Shown piece by piece: positions 36,954 through 47,700 of a stretch of DNA of 64,000 nucleotides; position 1 is the first letter of the stretch; every line of letters begins with the position of its first letter. The notes below the pieces were generated by a model. The model was given only the letters and a program-made list of their open reading frames with translations. It was not told where the DNA came from and made no database searches. The stretch comes from Bacteroidia bacterium (GTDB taxonomy: Bacteria; Bacteroidota; Bacteroidia; NS11-12g; UBA955). The translations under genes and the position numbers were made by a program. The stretch spans positions 8,999 through 72,998 of the forward strand of contig JBIPPH010000003.1 in NCBI GenBank assembly GCA_044368575.1, in the 5' to 3' direction.

Positions 36954-39900
36954 ATGGCAAAAAAACAATTATACTGGAAAGGCGAAGAAGAACTACTTAG
37001 AACAAAAGAATTCTTAGCGGCTCAAAAAAATGAGTTCAATGAAGCTTTACCGCTTGATGAAGTTTTCAGTGAAAATAATTTAGGGTTAAACTCTAACAGA
37101 AGAGACTTCTTGAAGTTCTTCGGGTTCAGTGTTGCAGCTGTGTCTTTAGCAGCATGTAATACCGCTCCAGTTAGAAACATCGTTCCTTATTTGGTTAAAC
37201 CAGAAGAAATTACCCCTGGTGTTGCCAATTATTATAACTCTACTTGTGGTGCTTGTTCTGCGGCTTGTGGTGTAACCATTAAGACCCGTGAAGGTAGACC
37301 AATCAAAGTGGATGGCAACAAAAATTCACCAATTTCTAAAGGCGGATCTTGTGCCACAGGTCAAGCTTCTATCTTAAGCTTATACGATACTGAGCGTTTA
37401 GATGGTCCTAAAAAAGTAAATGGAGCCGATTTAAGTTCAGTTGAATGGGCTGCCATCGATGCTGATATCACTAAATCATTAACAGACATTACAGCTGCTG
37501 GTGGTAAAATTGCGATTGTATCTGGTACTATTCATAGTCCTTCTACTTTAGCTGTTATTAATGGTTTCACTGGTAAATACGCTAACACTAAGCATGTACA
37601 ATACGATGCAGTAAGTTACAGTGGTATTTTAGAAGCTAACAAGAAGTCTTTTGGAGATAATTATCGAGTTATTCCAAATTACAATTTTGATAAAGCCAAT
37701 GTAGTAGTGAGTTTCGGTGCAGATTTCTTAGGCACTTGGATTTCTCCAGTAGAATATACTAAAGCATGGTCAAGCAGAAGAAAGGTAGATGGCATTGACC
37801 AATCTGCTAAAGTGTTAAAAACAATTGTTTTTGAAAGCAATTTGTCTTTAACAGGTTCTAATGCTGATTACAGATTCCCAATGAAAGCGTCTCAAGAAGC
37901 TGTTTATTTGACGTCATTGTACAACCAATTGGCTCAAATGGCTGGGCAGCCTCAAATTTCAACCAGCATGACTGGTGAATTAGCAGGTGGTGCTATTAAG
38001 CAAGCAGCTGAATTGCTTTGGAAAGAGAAAGGCAGCTCATTGGTGGTATCAGGTTCTAACGATGCGCAACTACAAACTGTAGTGAATGGCATTAACTTGT
38101 TATTGGCCAACTACAGCTCTACCATTGATTTAACCAACCATTCTAATCAATACAAAGGCAGCGATGCTGATATGATGCAATTTGCAAATGATTTGCAAGC
38201 AGGTACATACCAAGCAGTAATATTCTTAAACACTAACCCTGTTTACGATTCTCCTTTGTCTGATAAAATTAAAGCAGGTTTAAAGCAAGTAAAATTGAGC
38301 ATTTCAACTGCAGGTATTGCAGATGAAACTGCAGTATTGTGTCAATACATTACACCAGATAACCATTATTTGGAATCTTGGAATGATGCCAATCCTAAAG
38401 TTGGTGTTTATCAATTAACACAACCAACCATTTCTGAAGTATTCAAGACCAGACAAGCTCAAACTTCATTGTTGACTTGGGCAGGTTTAGCCGCTAAGCC
38501 AGAAAACGATCCGTTTGCGAAGAAAGGTATCTACAGTCAAAAATTATCTGCATCAGTTTATTACTTATACATCAAAAATGTGTGGGCTAATATGGGTGTT
38601 GCTTCAGATGAAGCCTTCAATAAAGCTTTACACGATGGCGTTCACACAGTAGGTACAGCCGCTGTAACAGTTCCATCATTCAATGTAGCCTTGAACAGCA
38701 TCGTTGCTGATTTAGAAAAAACAGTAGGCAAGAAAGACCAGATTGATTTGGTATTGTATCAAAATGTAGCCGTTAAAGATGGTAGCATGAGCAATAACCC
38801 ATGGTTACAAGAAATGCCTGATCCAATCAGTAAAGTAACTTGGGATAACTACGTGTCTTTGCCAAAAGCATTAGCTGAAAGTCAAGACATTAAAAACGGC
38901 GATATGGTGAACATCAGCTTTGGTAATGTAAGCTTAAAAGGCATGCCAATCTTTGTTCAACCAGGTCAAAGCAATGGAACAGTTGGTATAGCTGTAGGTT
39001 ATGGTAGAAAAGGTAAAGTAGGTGAGAAAGGTATGTTTGAACCTATTGGTAAAAACGCTTATCCTTTTGTAAGCATGCAAAATGGTACCTTCAACTATGT
39101 TCAAAACGGTGTTAAAATAGAAAAAATTTCAGGTTCATATGAATTGGCTCAAACCCAAACTCACCACTCTATTGAGGGAAGAGATTTGGTTAAAGAAACC
39201 ACTTTAGACGAATTGAAGAAAAACCCTAAAGCAGGCAACGATAAAACTGCCCCACATTTATATACGCTTTGGGAAACAAAAGATTACAAAAAAGATGGTG
39301 CCCCTAACCACCATTGGGCAATGGCCATTGACTTGAACTCATGTACAGGTTGTGGTTCTTGCGTTGTTAGCTGTAGCATTGAAAACAACGTTCCAGTTGT
39401 TGGTAGAGCGGAAGTAAGACGCCGCAGAGAAATGCACTGGATGCGTATTGATAGATACTTCACTTTTGAAAACGTAAACAACACGGACTACACTAAAGAG
39501 TTATTCTTATCAAGAGATTTCGAAGGCAAAAATGTTACTAAAGAAACAGGCTTAGCCGCTTTAGATAAATTAGAAAAAGCTAAGAAAGGTGCTGAATACT
39601 TACATTGGGAAAATGTTAAAGTGGTTCACCAACCAATGATGTGTCAACATTGTGGTCAGGCACCATGTGAAACAGTTTGTCCGGTATTGGCAACTACTCA
39701 CAGTTCTGAAGGTTTAAACCAAATGACTTACAACCGTTGTATTGGTACTAAATACTGTGCCAACAACTGTCCATACAAAGTAAGACGTTTCAACTGGTTC
39801 AGATACAACGATAACGATCGTTTTGACTTCCATTTTAACAACGACTTAGGTAAGATGGTTATCAATCCTGATGTTACCGTTAGAACACGTGGTGTTATGG

Positions 39901-40172
39901 AAAAATGTAGCATGTGTGTGCAAAGCATTCAAGCTGGTAAAGTAAAAGCTAAACGCGAAAAACGTGCGCTTAATGATGGCGAAATCAAAACCGCTTGTCA
40001 ACGTTCTTGCCCAGCCAACGCCATTGTATTTGGTGATGTAAATGATCCTAACAGTGAAGTTCACAAATTATTTAAGAACGAGCGTTCATACAGAGTGCTT
40101 GAAGAATTAAATACTATGACAGCTGTTAAATACCTAGTTAAAGTTAGAGACACTGAAACCGTAAAAGCATAA
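36954..40172 (+). CDS. actB: Alternative complex III subunit ActB (TAT lipoprotein; molybdopterin-oxidoreductase fold plus FeS domain)
   Basis: RRDFLK TAT motif, SLAAC lipobox, REGRPIK, PWLQEMPDP; FeS motifs CTGCGSCVVSC, CQHCGQAPCETVCP, CIGTKYCANNCP, CSMC..CQRSCP. Confidence 0.95.
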   Translation: MAKKQLYWKGEEELLRTKEFLAAQKNEFNEALPLDEVFSENNLGLNSNRRDFLKFFGFSVAAVSLAACNTAPVRNIVPYLVKPEEITPGVANYYNSTCGACSAACGVTIKTREGRPIKVDGNKNSPISKGGSCATGQASILSLYDTERLDGPKKVNGADLSSVEWAAIDADITKSLTDITAAGGKIAIVSGTIHSPSTLAVINGFTGKYANTKHVQYDAVSYSGILEANKKSFGDNYRVIPNYNFDKANVVVSFGADFLGTWISPVEYTKAWSSRRKVDGIDQSAKVLKTIVFESNLSLTGSNADYRFPMKASQEAVYLTSLYNQLAQMAGQPQISTSMTGELAGGAIKQAAELLWKEKGSSLVVSGSNDAQLQTVVNGINLLLANYSSTIDLTNHSNQYKGSDADMMQFANDLQAGTYQAVIFLNTNPVYDSPLSDKIKAGLKQVKLSISTAGIADETAVLCQYITPDNHYLESWNDANPKVGVYQLTQPTISEVFKTRQAQTSLLTWAGLAAKPENDPFAKKGIYSQKLSASVYYLYIKNVWANMGVASDEAFNKALHDGVHTVGTAAVTVPSFNVALNSIVADLEKTVGKKDQIDLVLYQNVAVKDGSMSNNPWLQEMPDPISKVTWDNYVSLPKALAESQDIKNGDMVNISFGNVSLKGMPIFVQPGQSNGTVGIAVGYGRKGKVGEKGMFEPIGKNAYPFVSMQNGTFNYVQNGVKIEKISGSYELAQTQTHHSIEGRDLVKETTLDELKKNPKAGNDKTAPHLYTLWETKDYKKDGAPNHHWAMAIDLNSCTGCGSCVVSCSIENNVPVVGRAEVRRRREMHWMRIDRYFTFENVNNTDYTKELFLSRDFEGKNVTKETGLAALDKLEKAKKGAEYLHWENVKVVHQPMMCQHCGQAPCETVCPVLATTHSSEGLNQMTYNRCIGTKYCANNCPYKVRRFNWFRYNDNDRFDFHFNNDLGKMVINPDVTVRTRGVMEKCSMCVQSIQAGKVKAKREKRALNDGEIKTACQRSCPANAIVFGDVNDPNSEVHKLFKNERSYRVLEELNTMTAVKYLVKVRDTETVKA

Positions 40173-40195
40173 CCCCAACCATTATAATTTAAACA

Positions 40196-41548
40196 ATGAT
40201 TCACGATTCAATTATAAGACCACAGCTGGTAACAGGCGACAAAAAATTACATGATGTAACTACTGAAATTTGTCGTCCAATTGAAAACAAACCTTCAAGT
40301 TCTTGGATAGTTGGTTTCATCTTATCAGTCATCTTTTTAGGCATATTACTGATCTCATTAGGTGTCACCCTATGGTTTGGTATAGGTACATGGGGTTTGA
40401 ACAAAACCGTTCAATGGGGTTGGGACATCACCAACTTCGTATTTTGGGTGGGTATTGGTCACGCTGGTACTTTGATTTCTGCCATTTTGTTGTTATTCAG
40501 ACAAAAATGGAGAATGTCTATTAACCGTTCTGCAGAAGCGATGACCATATTCGCTGTAATGTGTGCGGCTATTTTCCCATTATTCCACATGGGTCGTATT
40601 TGGGTAGGGGGCTACTGGGTATTCCCATTGCCAAACGCTTTTGGTTCATTGTGGGTTAACTTCCACTCACCATTACTTTGGGACGTATTTGCGATTTCAA
40701 CGTATTTCTCTGTATCATTGGTGTTCTGGTATTTAGGTTTGATTCCTGATATTGCAACAGTTCGTGACAGAGCGAAGTCTGCTGGCAGAAAATTCTGGTA
40801 TAATTTCTTCTCTATGGGTTGGACAGGTTCAGTAAGAACTTGGAACCGTTATGAAGTTGTTTCATTGATTCTTGCAGGTATTTCAACCCCGTTGGTATTG
40901 TCTGTACACACAATTGTATCTATGGACTTTGCCACTTCAGTTGTTCCTGGTTGGCACACCACCATTTTCCCTCCATATTTCGTAGCAGGTGCGATTTTCT
41001 CTGGTTTCGGTATGGTTTTGACCCTATTGGTAATCGCTAGAAAAGTAATGAACTACCAAGATTATATCACCATTGGTCACTTAGAAGCTATGTGTAAAGT
41101 GGTTATGTTAACAGGTACAATGGTTGGTTTAGCTTATATCACTGAGTTCTTCGTTGCGGCATACTCTGGTGTAGAATACGAGCAATACGCATTCATCAAT
41201 AGAGCAACTGGTCCATACTGGTGGGCTTATTGGAGTATGATGACTTGTAACTTAATTGCGCCACAAGTATTCTGGTTCAAATGGGCTCGTACAACGCCTT
41301 GGTTCATCTTTATGTTATCAATCGTGGTGAACGTAGGTATGTGGTTCGAACGTTTCGTAATCATTGTAACTTCACTTCACAGAGAATATTTGCCTTCAGG
41401 TTGGTTAATGTACTCACCAACTATGACTGAGATTGGCTTATTTTTAGGGTCATTCGGATTGTTCTTCACTTGTTTCTTCTTGTTTAGCAAGTTCTTACCA
41501 GTGATCAACATTGCAGAGGTTAAGAGTATTTTGAAAAACAGAGAGTAA
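40196..41548 (+). CDS. actC: Alternative complex III subunit ActC (NrfD/PsrC quinol-binding subunit)
   Basis: [54 protein letters not shown]. Confidence 0.95.
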   Translation: MIHDSIIRPQLVTGDKKLHDVTTEICRPIENKPSSSWIVGFILSVIFLGILLISLGVTLWFGIGTWGLNKTVQWGWDITNFVFWVGIGHAGTLISAILLLFRQKWRMSINRSAEAMTIFAVMCAAIFPLFHMGRIWVGGYWVFPLPNAFGSLWVNFHSPLLWDVFAISTYFSVSLVFWYLGLIPDIATVRDRAKSAGRKFWYNFFSMGWTGSVRTWNRYEVVSLILAGISTPLVLSVHTIVSMDFATSVVPGWHTTIFPPYFVAGAIFSGFGMVLTLLVIARKVMNYQDYITIGHLEAMCKVVMLTGTMVGLAYITEFFVAAYSGVEYEQYAFINRATGPYWWAYWSMMTCNLIAPQVFWFKWARTTPWFIFMLSIVVNVGMWFERFVIIVTSLHREYLPSGWLMYSPTMTEIGLFLGSFGLFFTCFFLFSKFLPVINIAEVKSILKNRE

Positions 41549-41569
41549 TCACCATTCAATATCAATTTC

Positions 41570-42157
41570 ATGATAGACAACAAATTATTTTTGGATAAAA
41601 ACAAAACCGTAATGTTCGGAATCTTTGAAGATTCAGATCAATTCTTAGACACGGTTGCTAATGTTCACCACAAAGGTGCTCAAATTATAGATTGCTACAC
41701 ACCATTCCCAATTCACGGTATTGAAAAGGCTATGGGTTTAAAGCGTTCATTATTGCCAGTTGGTGCATTCATATGCGGTTGCTTAGGCTTTATTACTGCA
41801 GCTACATTGCAAACCTATACTATGGCGATAGATTGGCCAATGATCATTGGTAACAAACCTGTTGTTGGGGTGTCTTATGTACCAGTTTTATTTGAAATGT
41901 CAGTATTGTTTACAGCATTTGGTATTGCGATTTTGTTCTTTATCAGAAACAAAATGTTGCATGGTAAAATGCCAAGTGAGCGTGTAGATTTCAGACAAAC
42001 AGACGATAGAATGGTCGTAGCGATTGCAACAGATAACCAATTGGTAGACAAAAACGAATTGAGTAATATGTTGTATCAAGGTGGTGCAGTTGAAGTTAAA
42101 GAAAGAACCAACCACGGTTACGAAGATTTTACTGAAGTAGCCATTCCTAAAAAATAA
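41570..42157 (+). CDS. actD: Alternative complex III subunit ActD (DUF3341)
   Basis: YTPFPIHG, DWPMIIGNKP, PVLFE, TDDR; operon position. Confidence 0.9.
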   Translation: MIDNKLFLDKNKTVMFGIFEDSDQFLDTVANVHHKGAQIIDCYTPFPIHGIEKAMGLKRSLLPVGAFICGCLGFITAATLQTYTMAIDWPMIIGNKPVVGVSYVPVLFEMSVLFTAFGIAILFFIRNKMLHGKMPSERVDFRQTDDRMVVAIATDNQLVDKNELSNMLYQGGAVEVKERTNHGYEDFTEVAIPKK

Positions 42158-42176
42158 TCACTAGCCTAAGAACAAA

Positions 42177-42848
42177 ATGAAACAAACTACAAATATCATC
42201 ATCAGTGTTTTAGCAGTTGTGTCACTGTCTTCATGCTGGTGGAAAGCCGGAAAAGATAACCCTGGTATTGAGTATGCTCCAGATATGTACTACTCAAAAG
42301 GGTATGAACCAATGACTCAGTATTCAGATTCAAATAAATACCGTTACAATCCTTATTTCATGACCATGAGAGAACCTGTTAAAGGTACTATCGCTGAAGG
42401 TCAGTTGGACTATCAATACCCATTTGACAACACTGAAGAAGGGTATGAAGCAGCAGGAGCCAACTGGAAATTAAAAATGGATTTATCTGAAGCTGATCAA
42501 AAAGAAGGTGAAAGATTATTCGGTATTTATTGTGCAGTTTGCCATGGTACTCAAGGTCTTAATGATGGCCCTGTACCTGCCAAGCAAGTTACACTTAAAC
42601 CAACCCATATTTATCAAGACGATTACATGAAAGCTTTGCCTATTGGTAAAATCTACCACGTTCTTACCTATGGTAGAAACAACCGTATGGGTAGTTATGC
42701 TTATGCATTGTCTCCTAAAGAAAGATGGAGCGTTGCTTCATACGTAAAACGCTTAACTATGATGGACAGTTTAGGCAATGTGCAAGCCATCAAAGCTTTG
42801 AGTTCAGAGGCTTCAGCTATAACCGTTCAAGACACCACTAAAAACTAA
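42177..42848 (+). CDS. actE: Alternative complex III subunit ActE (monoheme cytochrome c lipoprotein)
   Basis: Lipobox LSSC, PDMY, CAVCH, MGSYA, ERW. Confidence 0.92.
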   Translation: MKQTTNIIISVLAVVSLSSCWWKAGKDNPGIEYAPDMYYSKGYEPMTQYSDSNKYRYNPYFMTMREPVKGTIAEGQLDYQYPFDNTEEGYEAAGANWKLKMDLSEADQKEGERLFGIYCAVCHGTQGLNDGPVPAKQVTLKPTHIYQDDYMKALPIGKIYHVLTYGRNNRMGSYAYALSPKERWSVASYVKRLTMMDSLGNVQAIKALSSEASAITVQDTTKN

Positions 42849-42887
42849 AAAACAGCAGTTTCGTATTAACCTTTAAAATCAACTACA

Positions 42888-44279
42888 ATGAGTCACGGAC
42901 ACGAAATCCATATTCAACAAGAGCAATACAGTTTCAATGGTAAAGCTAAAACTTTAAGCATTGCTTTATTGGCAATCGGTATATTGTTAACCATTGTTGG
43001 CATTTTTACTTTGCCAAGAACTGATGCCCACCATGATGAGCATGCAAAAGCCACCACTACTGAGGCAGCTGCTCACCATGCAACTGAAGCCCATGCCTAC
43101 CCAGGTCAAAACATTAACGGTGTAGACGTAGGACACAGCAATGAGCAAGTTTATCCTATTGTTGCTGAACACAGCAAACCATGGACTACAAGAATTTATT
43201 CAACTTTGTTAGTCAATAGTTATTTCCTATTGTTAATCTCAGCTTGTGCTTTGTTTTTCTTTGCTTTGCAATACATTGCCAATGCTGGTTGGGCTACAGT
43301 ATTATTACGTGTGCCGCAAGCCATGAGTACTATTCTGCCTGTTGGCGCAGTATTGGTGTTGATCGTATTCTTATTAGATGGTCAGAACATATACCACTGG
43401 TTGCACTACGAGCATTTACATTTAACTAAAACTGATGCTGGTTTTGATAAAATCCTTGACAACAAATCATGGTTCTTAAACTCAAAAATGGCCATTGGAT
43501 TTATAGTTGGTATTCCATTGGTATGGTATTTATTTGGTGTTAAATTGAGAAGCTTATCTTATAAAGAAGATACTGAAGGTGGCTTAACTTTCTTCAAACA
43601 ATCAATCACTTATGGTGCGGCCTTTACTTTTGTATTTGCTTTCACTTTGTCTATTTTAAGTTGGGTTGTTTGTATGAGTGTTGATGCACACTGGTATTCT
43701 ACTATCTTCTCAATCTATAACTTCGCTACTGCATGGGTAAGTACATTCGCAATCATTATTTTGTTCGTGTTGTACCTAAGACGCAATGGTTACCTTAAAT
43801 TGGTTACTGATGAGCATATTCATGACTTAGGTAAATTCATGTTCGCTTTCTCTATTTTCTGGACTTACCTATGGTTGGCTCAGTTCTTATTGATTTGGTA
43901 TGCAAACATTCCTGAAGAAACAGTATACTACTATAAGCGTTGGGAGATGCCATTCAAGTTCCATTGGTTCCTTAACCTTGTATTGAACTTCTTAATTCCA
44001 TTCTTGGTATTAATGACCAGAAACAATAAACGTAATCCTAAGATTTTAACTTTTGTTGCTCTATGTATTTTAGTAGGTCACTGGAATGATATCTATTTAA
44101 TGATCATGCCAGGTGCTATTGACAAACAAGCTGGCATTGGATTGTTAGAGATAGGTATGACATTAGCATTTGCTGGTCTATTCATTTATTGGACTTTAAC
44201 CGCTTTAAGCAAAAAAGGCTTAGTAGCTATCAAACATCCATATTTAGAAGAAAGTGCTCACCACGATGTGGGTGTGTAA
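42888..44279 (+). CDS. actF: Alternative complex III subunit ActF
   Basis: Multi-TM; MSVDAHWYST, HIHDLGK, FWTYL, QFLLIWYANIPEE. Confidence 0.93.
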   Translation: MSHGHEIHIQQEQYSFNGKAKTLSIALLAIGILLTIVGIFTLPRTDAHHDEHAKATTTEAAAHHATEAHAYPGQNINGVDVGHSNEQVYPIVAEHSKPWTTRIYSTLLVNSYFLLLISACALFFFALQYIANAGWATVLLRVPQAMSTILPVGAVLVLIVFLLDGQNIYHWLHYEHLHLTKTDAGFDKILDNKSWFLNSKMAIGFIVGIPLVWYLFGVKLRSLSYKEDTEGGLTFFKQSITYGAAFTFVFAFTLSILSWVVCMSVDAHWYSTIFSIYNFATAWVSTFAIIILFVLYLRRNGYLKLVTDEHIHDLGKFMFAFSIFWTYLWLAQFLLIWYANIPEETVYYYKRWEMPFKFHWFLNLVLNFLIPFLVLMTRNNKRNPKILTFVALCILVGHWNDIYLMIMPGAIDKQAGIGLLEIGMTLAFAGLFIYWTLTALSKKGLVAIKHPYLEESAHHDVGV

Positions 44280-44304
44280 TACCTTCTAAGCAACTTGTCT
44301 TATT

Positions 44305-44335
44305 TGAAAAGCAAACCTCCGGGTTTGCTTTTTCA
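44305..44335 (+). terminator. Intrinsic terminator closing the act operon
   Basis: AAAAGCAAACC-TCCG-GGTTTGCTTTT. Confidence 0.9.
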
Positions 44336-44346
44336 TTTTATACCAT

Positions 44347-44354
44347 TAACTTTG
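44347..44354 (+). promoter_or_regulatory. -7 promoter element TAACTTTG, 5 nt before the GTG of the czc leader ORF
   Basis: Exact TAnnTTTG just after the act terminator. Confidence 0.7.
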
Positions 44355-44359
44355 TCTAA

Positions 44360-44734
44360 GTGAAACGCTTGTATGCCATAGGGTTCTTGTTTATTATTTC
44401 AATGAATTTATTGGAAGCACATCAACTTGTTAAGTTGCCGGCGTTTGTTCACCATTATCAAGAACATAAGTTGTCTAATCAATCCCTAACCATTTGGGAG
44501 TTTTTAGATTTGCACTACACCAATCATAGTGAAGATATACCAGATGCTGATCACGGAAAGTTGCCTTTCAAATCAGATCAGTGCCATCACATTAATATGG
44601 CCATGGAATTGGTCACCAACAATGAATCAGAAACCACTTTTAGCTATGTTAGTGTCGAAATTGGCCTATTGGTGAATCATTATTGTTACCAGGATGGTAA
44701 AGCCATTTGGCAGCCGCCTCAGTTGATCGCCTAG
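44360..44734 (+). CDS. His-rich exported leader protein ending IWQPPQLIA (CzcI/CruR-like position)
   Basis: Signal-like N-terminus; HHYQEH, LHY, DADH.KLPFK, CHH; C-terminal QPP; first gene of the efflux operon. Confidence 0.75.
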   Translation: MKRLYAIGFLFIISMNLLEAHQLVKLPAFVHHYQEHKLSNQSLTIWEFLDLHYTNHSEDIPDADHGKLPFKSDQCHHINMAMELVTNNESETTFSYVSVEIGLLVNHYCYQDGKAIWQPPQLIA

Positions 44735-44788
44735 TTATAGCGCGAACATTTCCTTTTTTTTAATTTTACTCATAAAATTTCATTCATA

Positions 44789-47700
44789 ATGAATTTAAAC
44801 ACCATTATAGGGTTTTCTATAAAGAACAAATTGATTATAGGCTTATTTACCATTGGCCTAATCATATACGGTAGTTTTGAATTGTTCAAACTGCCAATAG
44901 ATGCAGTGCCAGATATTACTAATAATCAGGTGCAAGTGATTACAATTGCACCGTCTTTGGGTGCTACTGACATTGAACGATTGGTTACATTTCCAATAGA
45001 GCAAGCCAATAACAATATCCCCGGACTGCACGAAATAAGAAGTTTTTCAAGGTTTGGCTTGTCATTGGTGACTATAGTCTTCGAAGACGATGTGGATGTG
45101 TATTGGGCACGTCAACAAGTGTCTGAAAGGATACAAAATGTTAAAGACCAAATACCACAAGGGGTTTGCGTGCCTGAATTAGGCCCTGTTACAACAGGAT
45201 TGGGCGAAATATACCAATATGTTTTAAGACCTAAACCTGGCTTTGAGCATCAATACAGTAGTATGGAATTAAGAACCATACAAGATTGGATTGTTAGAAG
45301 ACAATTATTAGGAGTAAAGGGGGTAGCAGATGTGAGTAGTTTTGGCGGTCATTTAAAGCAATATGAAATTGCCTTAAACCCAGACAAGCTACAATCATTA
45401 GGCTTAACGATAGACCAAGTTTTTAAAGCCATAGAGGCCAATAATGAAAATACAGGCGGTGGCTATATTGAGAGAGGTCCAAATGTGTTTTACATCCGCA
45501 CCGAAGGTTTAGTACATTCAGAACAAGACCTTATGAACGTACCTGTTAAATTGCTTGACAACGGTGTGCCGCTATTGATCAGAGACATTGCCCAAGTTAG
45601 AATAGGTACTGCAATTCGTTATGGGGCTTTGCATTTGGATACGCTCGGGGAAGTGTCTGGTGCTGTGGTGATGATGCTGAAAGGCGCTAATAGTAGCGAG
45701 GTAATCAAAGCTGTAAAAGACCGTGTGGCGGAGATTCAAAAGACTTTGCCTGAAGGCATTGTGATAGAACCATTTCTGGATCGTACCAAGATGGTCAATA
45801 ATGCCATTGGAACGGTTGAAACCAATTTATTGGAAGGTGCCCTCATAGTGATTTTTGTCTTAGTTGTCTTTTTGGGCAATTTAAGAGCAGGCTTATTAGT
45901 GGCATCTGTTATTCCTTTGTCGATGTTGTTTGCCATTATCATGATGAATCTATTTCATGTGAGTGGAAATTTAATGAGTTTAGGTGCGCTTGATTTTGGT
46001 TTGATAGTCGACGGGGCTGTTATTATTGTTGAGGCTGTAATGCACGCCTTGGCGATTCGCACTATGGGTCAAATGACGGCAGTTTCAAACACAGAGATGG
46101 ACGATACAGTTAAATCTTCAGCAGGTAAGATGATGAACAGTGCGGTCTTCGGACAAATCATTATTTTAATCGTGTATCTACCTATATTTTCATTGCAGGG
46201 CATTGAAGGAAAAATGTTTAAACCAATGGCTCAAACAGTTGCCTTTGCATTGTTAGGGGCGTTTATATTGTCTTTAACCTATGTGCCTATGATGAGTGCA
46301 TGGTTATTGAGTAGAAAAGCACACAAGCCCAATTGGTCTGATTGGTTTATGCAAAAAGTGGAGGCTTGGTATCAAAAAGCTTTTGAATGGATTGTATTGA
46401 AAGTTAAATGGTTGTTTATAGGCTTAGGGTTATTGGTCATAGCTGCTGTAGTTGTCCTTACGCAATTAGGCGGTGAATTTATACCTAGTTTAGAGGAAGG
46501 CGATTTTGCACTTGAAACCAGAGTTTTGCCAGGAAGTAATTTAAATGTGAGTTTAAAAGCTTCGGAGCAAGCTTCCAAGATTTTACTCACTCAATTTCCT
46601 GAAGTGGAGAAAGTAGTGGCTAAAATCGGTAGCGGTGAAGTGCCAACTGATCCAATGCCAATTGATGCTCAAGATTTAATGATCATCATGAAAGATAAGC
46701 ACACTTGGAAAACAGCGCATTCATTTAATGAGATGGCAGAGAAAATGGGAGAGGCCTTGAAAGCGGTTCCTGGGGTTACCTTTGGTTTTCAATACCCTGT
46801 TCAAATGCGTTTTAATGAGTTAATGACTGGCGCCAGACAAGACGTTGTTTGTAAACTGTTTGGAGAAGATCTTGATACTTTGGCTTACTATGCAGCAAAG
46901 ATGGGGCATTTGGCCTCAAAGGTTGAAGGTGCTCAAGATATTTATGTTGAACCTGTTACTGGGGTAAGTCAAATAGTAGTGGATTACAAGCGCGATTTAA
47001 TAGCGCGTTATGGCTTACAAGTGGCAGCTATCAATAGCGTTGTTAATACCGCTTTTGCAGGAGGCTTAGCGGGTAAAGTATATGAGGGTGAAAAGCGTTT
47101 TGATTTGGTGTTAAGGTTACAAAATGATCACAGAAAAACACTCAATGATGTTCAGAATTTATTGATTCCAATCGGTCAAAATAACTTTGTGCCTTTGTCA
47201 CATCTGGCAGATGTTTCGATTAAAGTCGGGCCTAATCAAATTCAAAGAGAAGATGCTAAACGACGCATTGTAGTTGGTTTTAATGTGAGAGGTCGCGATG
47301 TACAGTCTATAGTGGATGAGTTAAAAACTAAGATTGAAAAACAAATTAAATTACCACCTGGATATTCAGTGCGCTATGGCGGAACGTTTGAAAATTTGAA
47401 CGCTGCTAAAAAGCGTTTAGGCATCGCTGTGCCACTAGCCCTTGCATTGATTTTTCTCATGCTGTATTTCGCTTTTCAATCTATTAAGCACGCCAGTTTA
47501 ATTTATTCAGCTATTCCATTGTCAGCATTGGGGGGCATCTTTGCACTTTACATCAGAGATATGCCTTTTAGTATCAGTGCGGGCGTAGGTTTTATAGCTT
47601 TATTTGGCGTAGCGGTCTTAAACGGGATCGTTTTAATTTCAGAGTTTAAACGTCAAAAAGAGACCCATACAGGTGCATTAACTGAAATGGTTATGAATGC

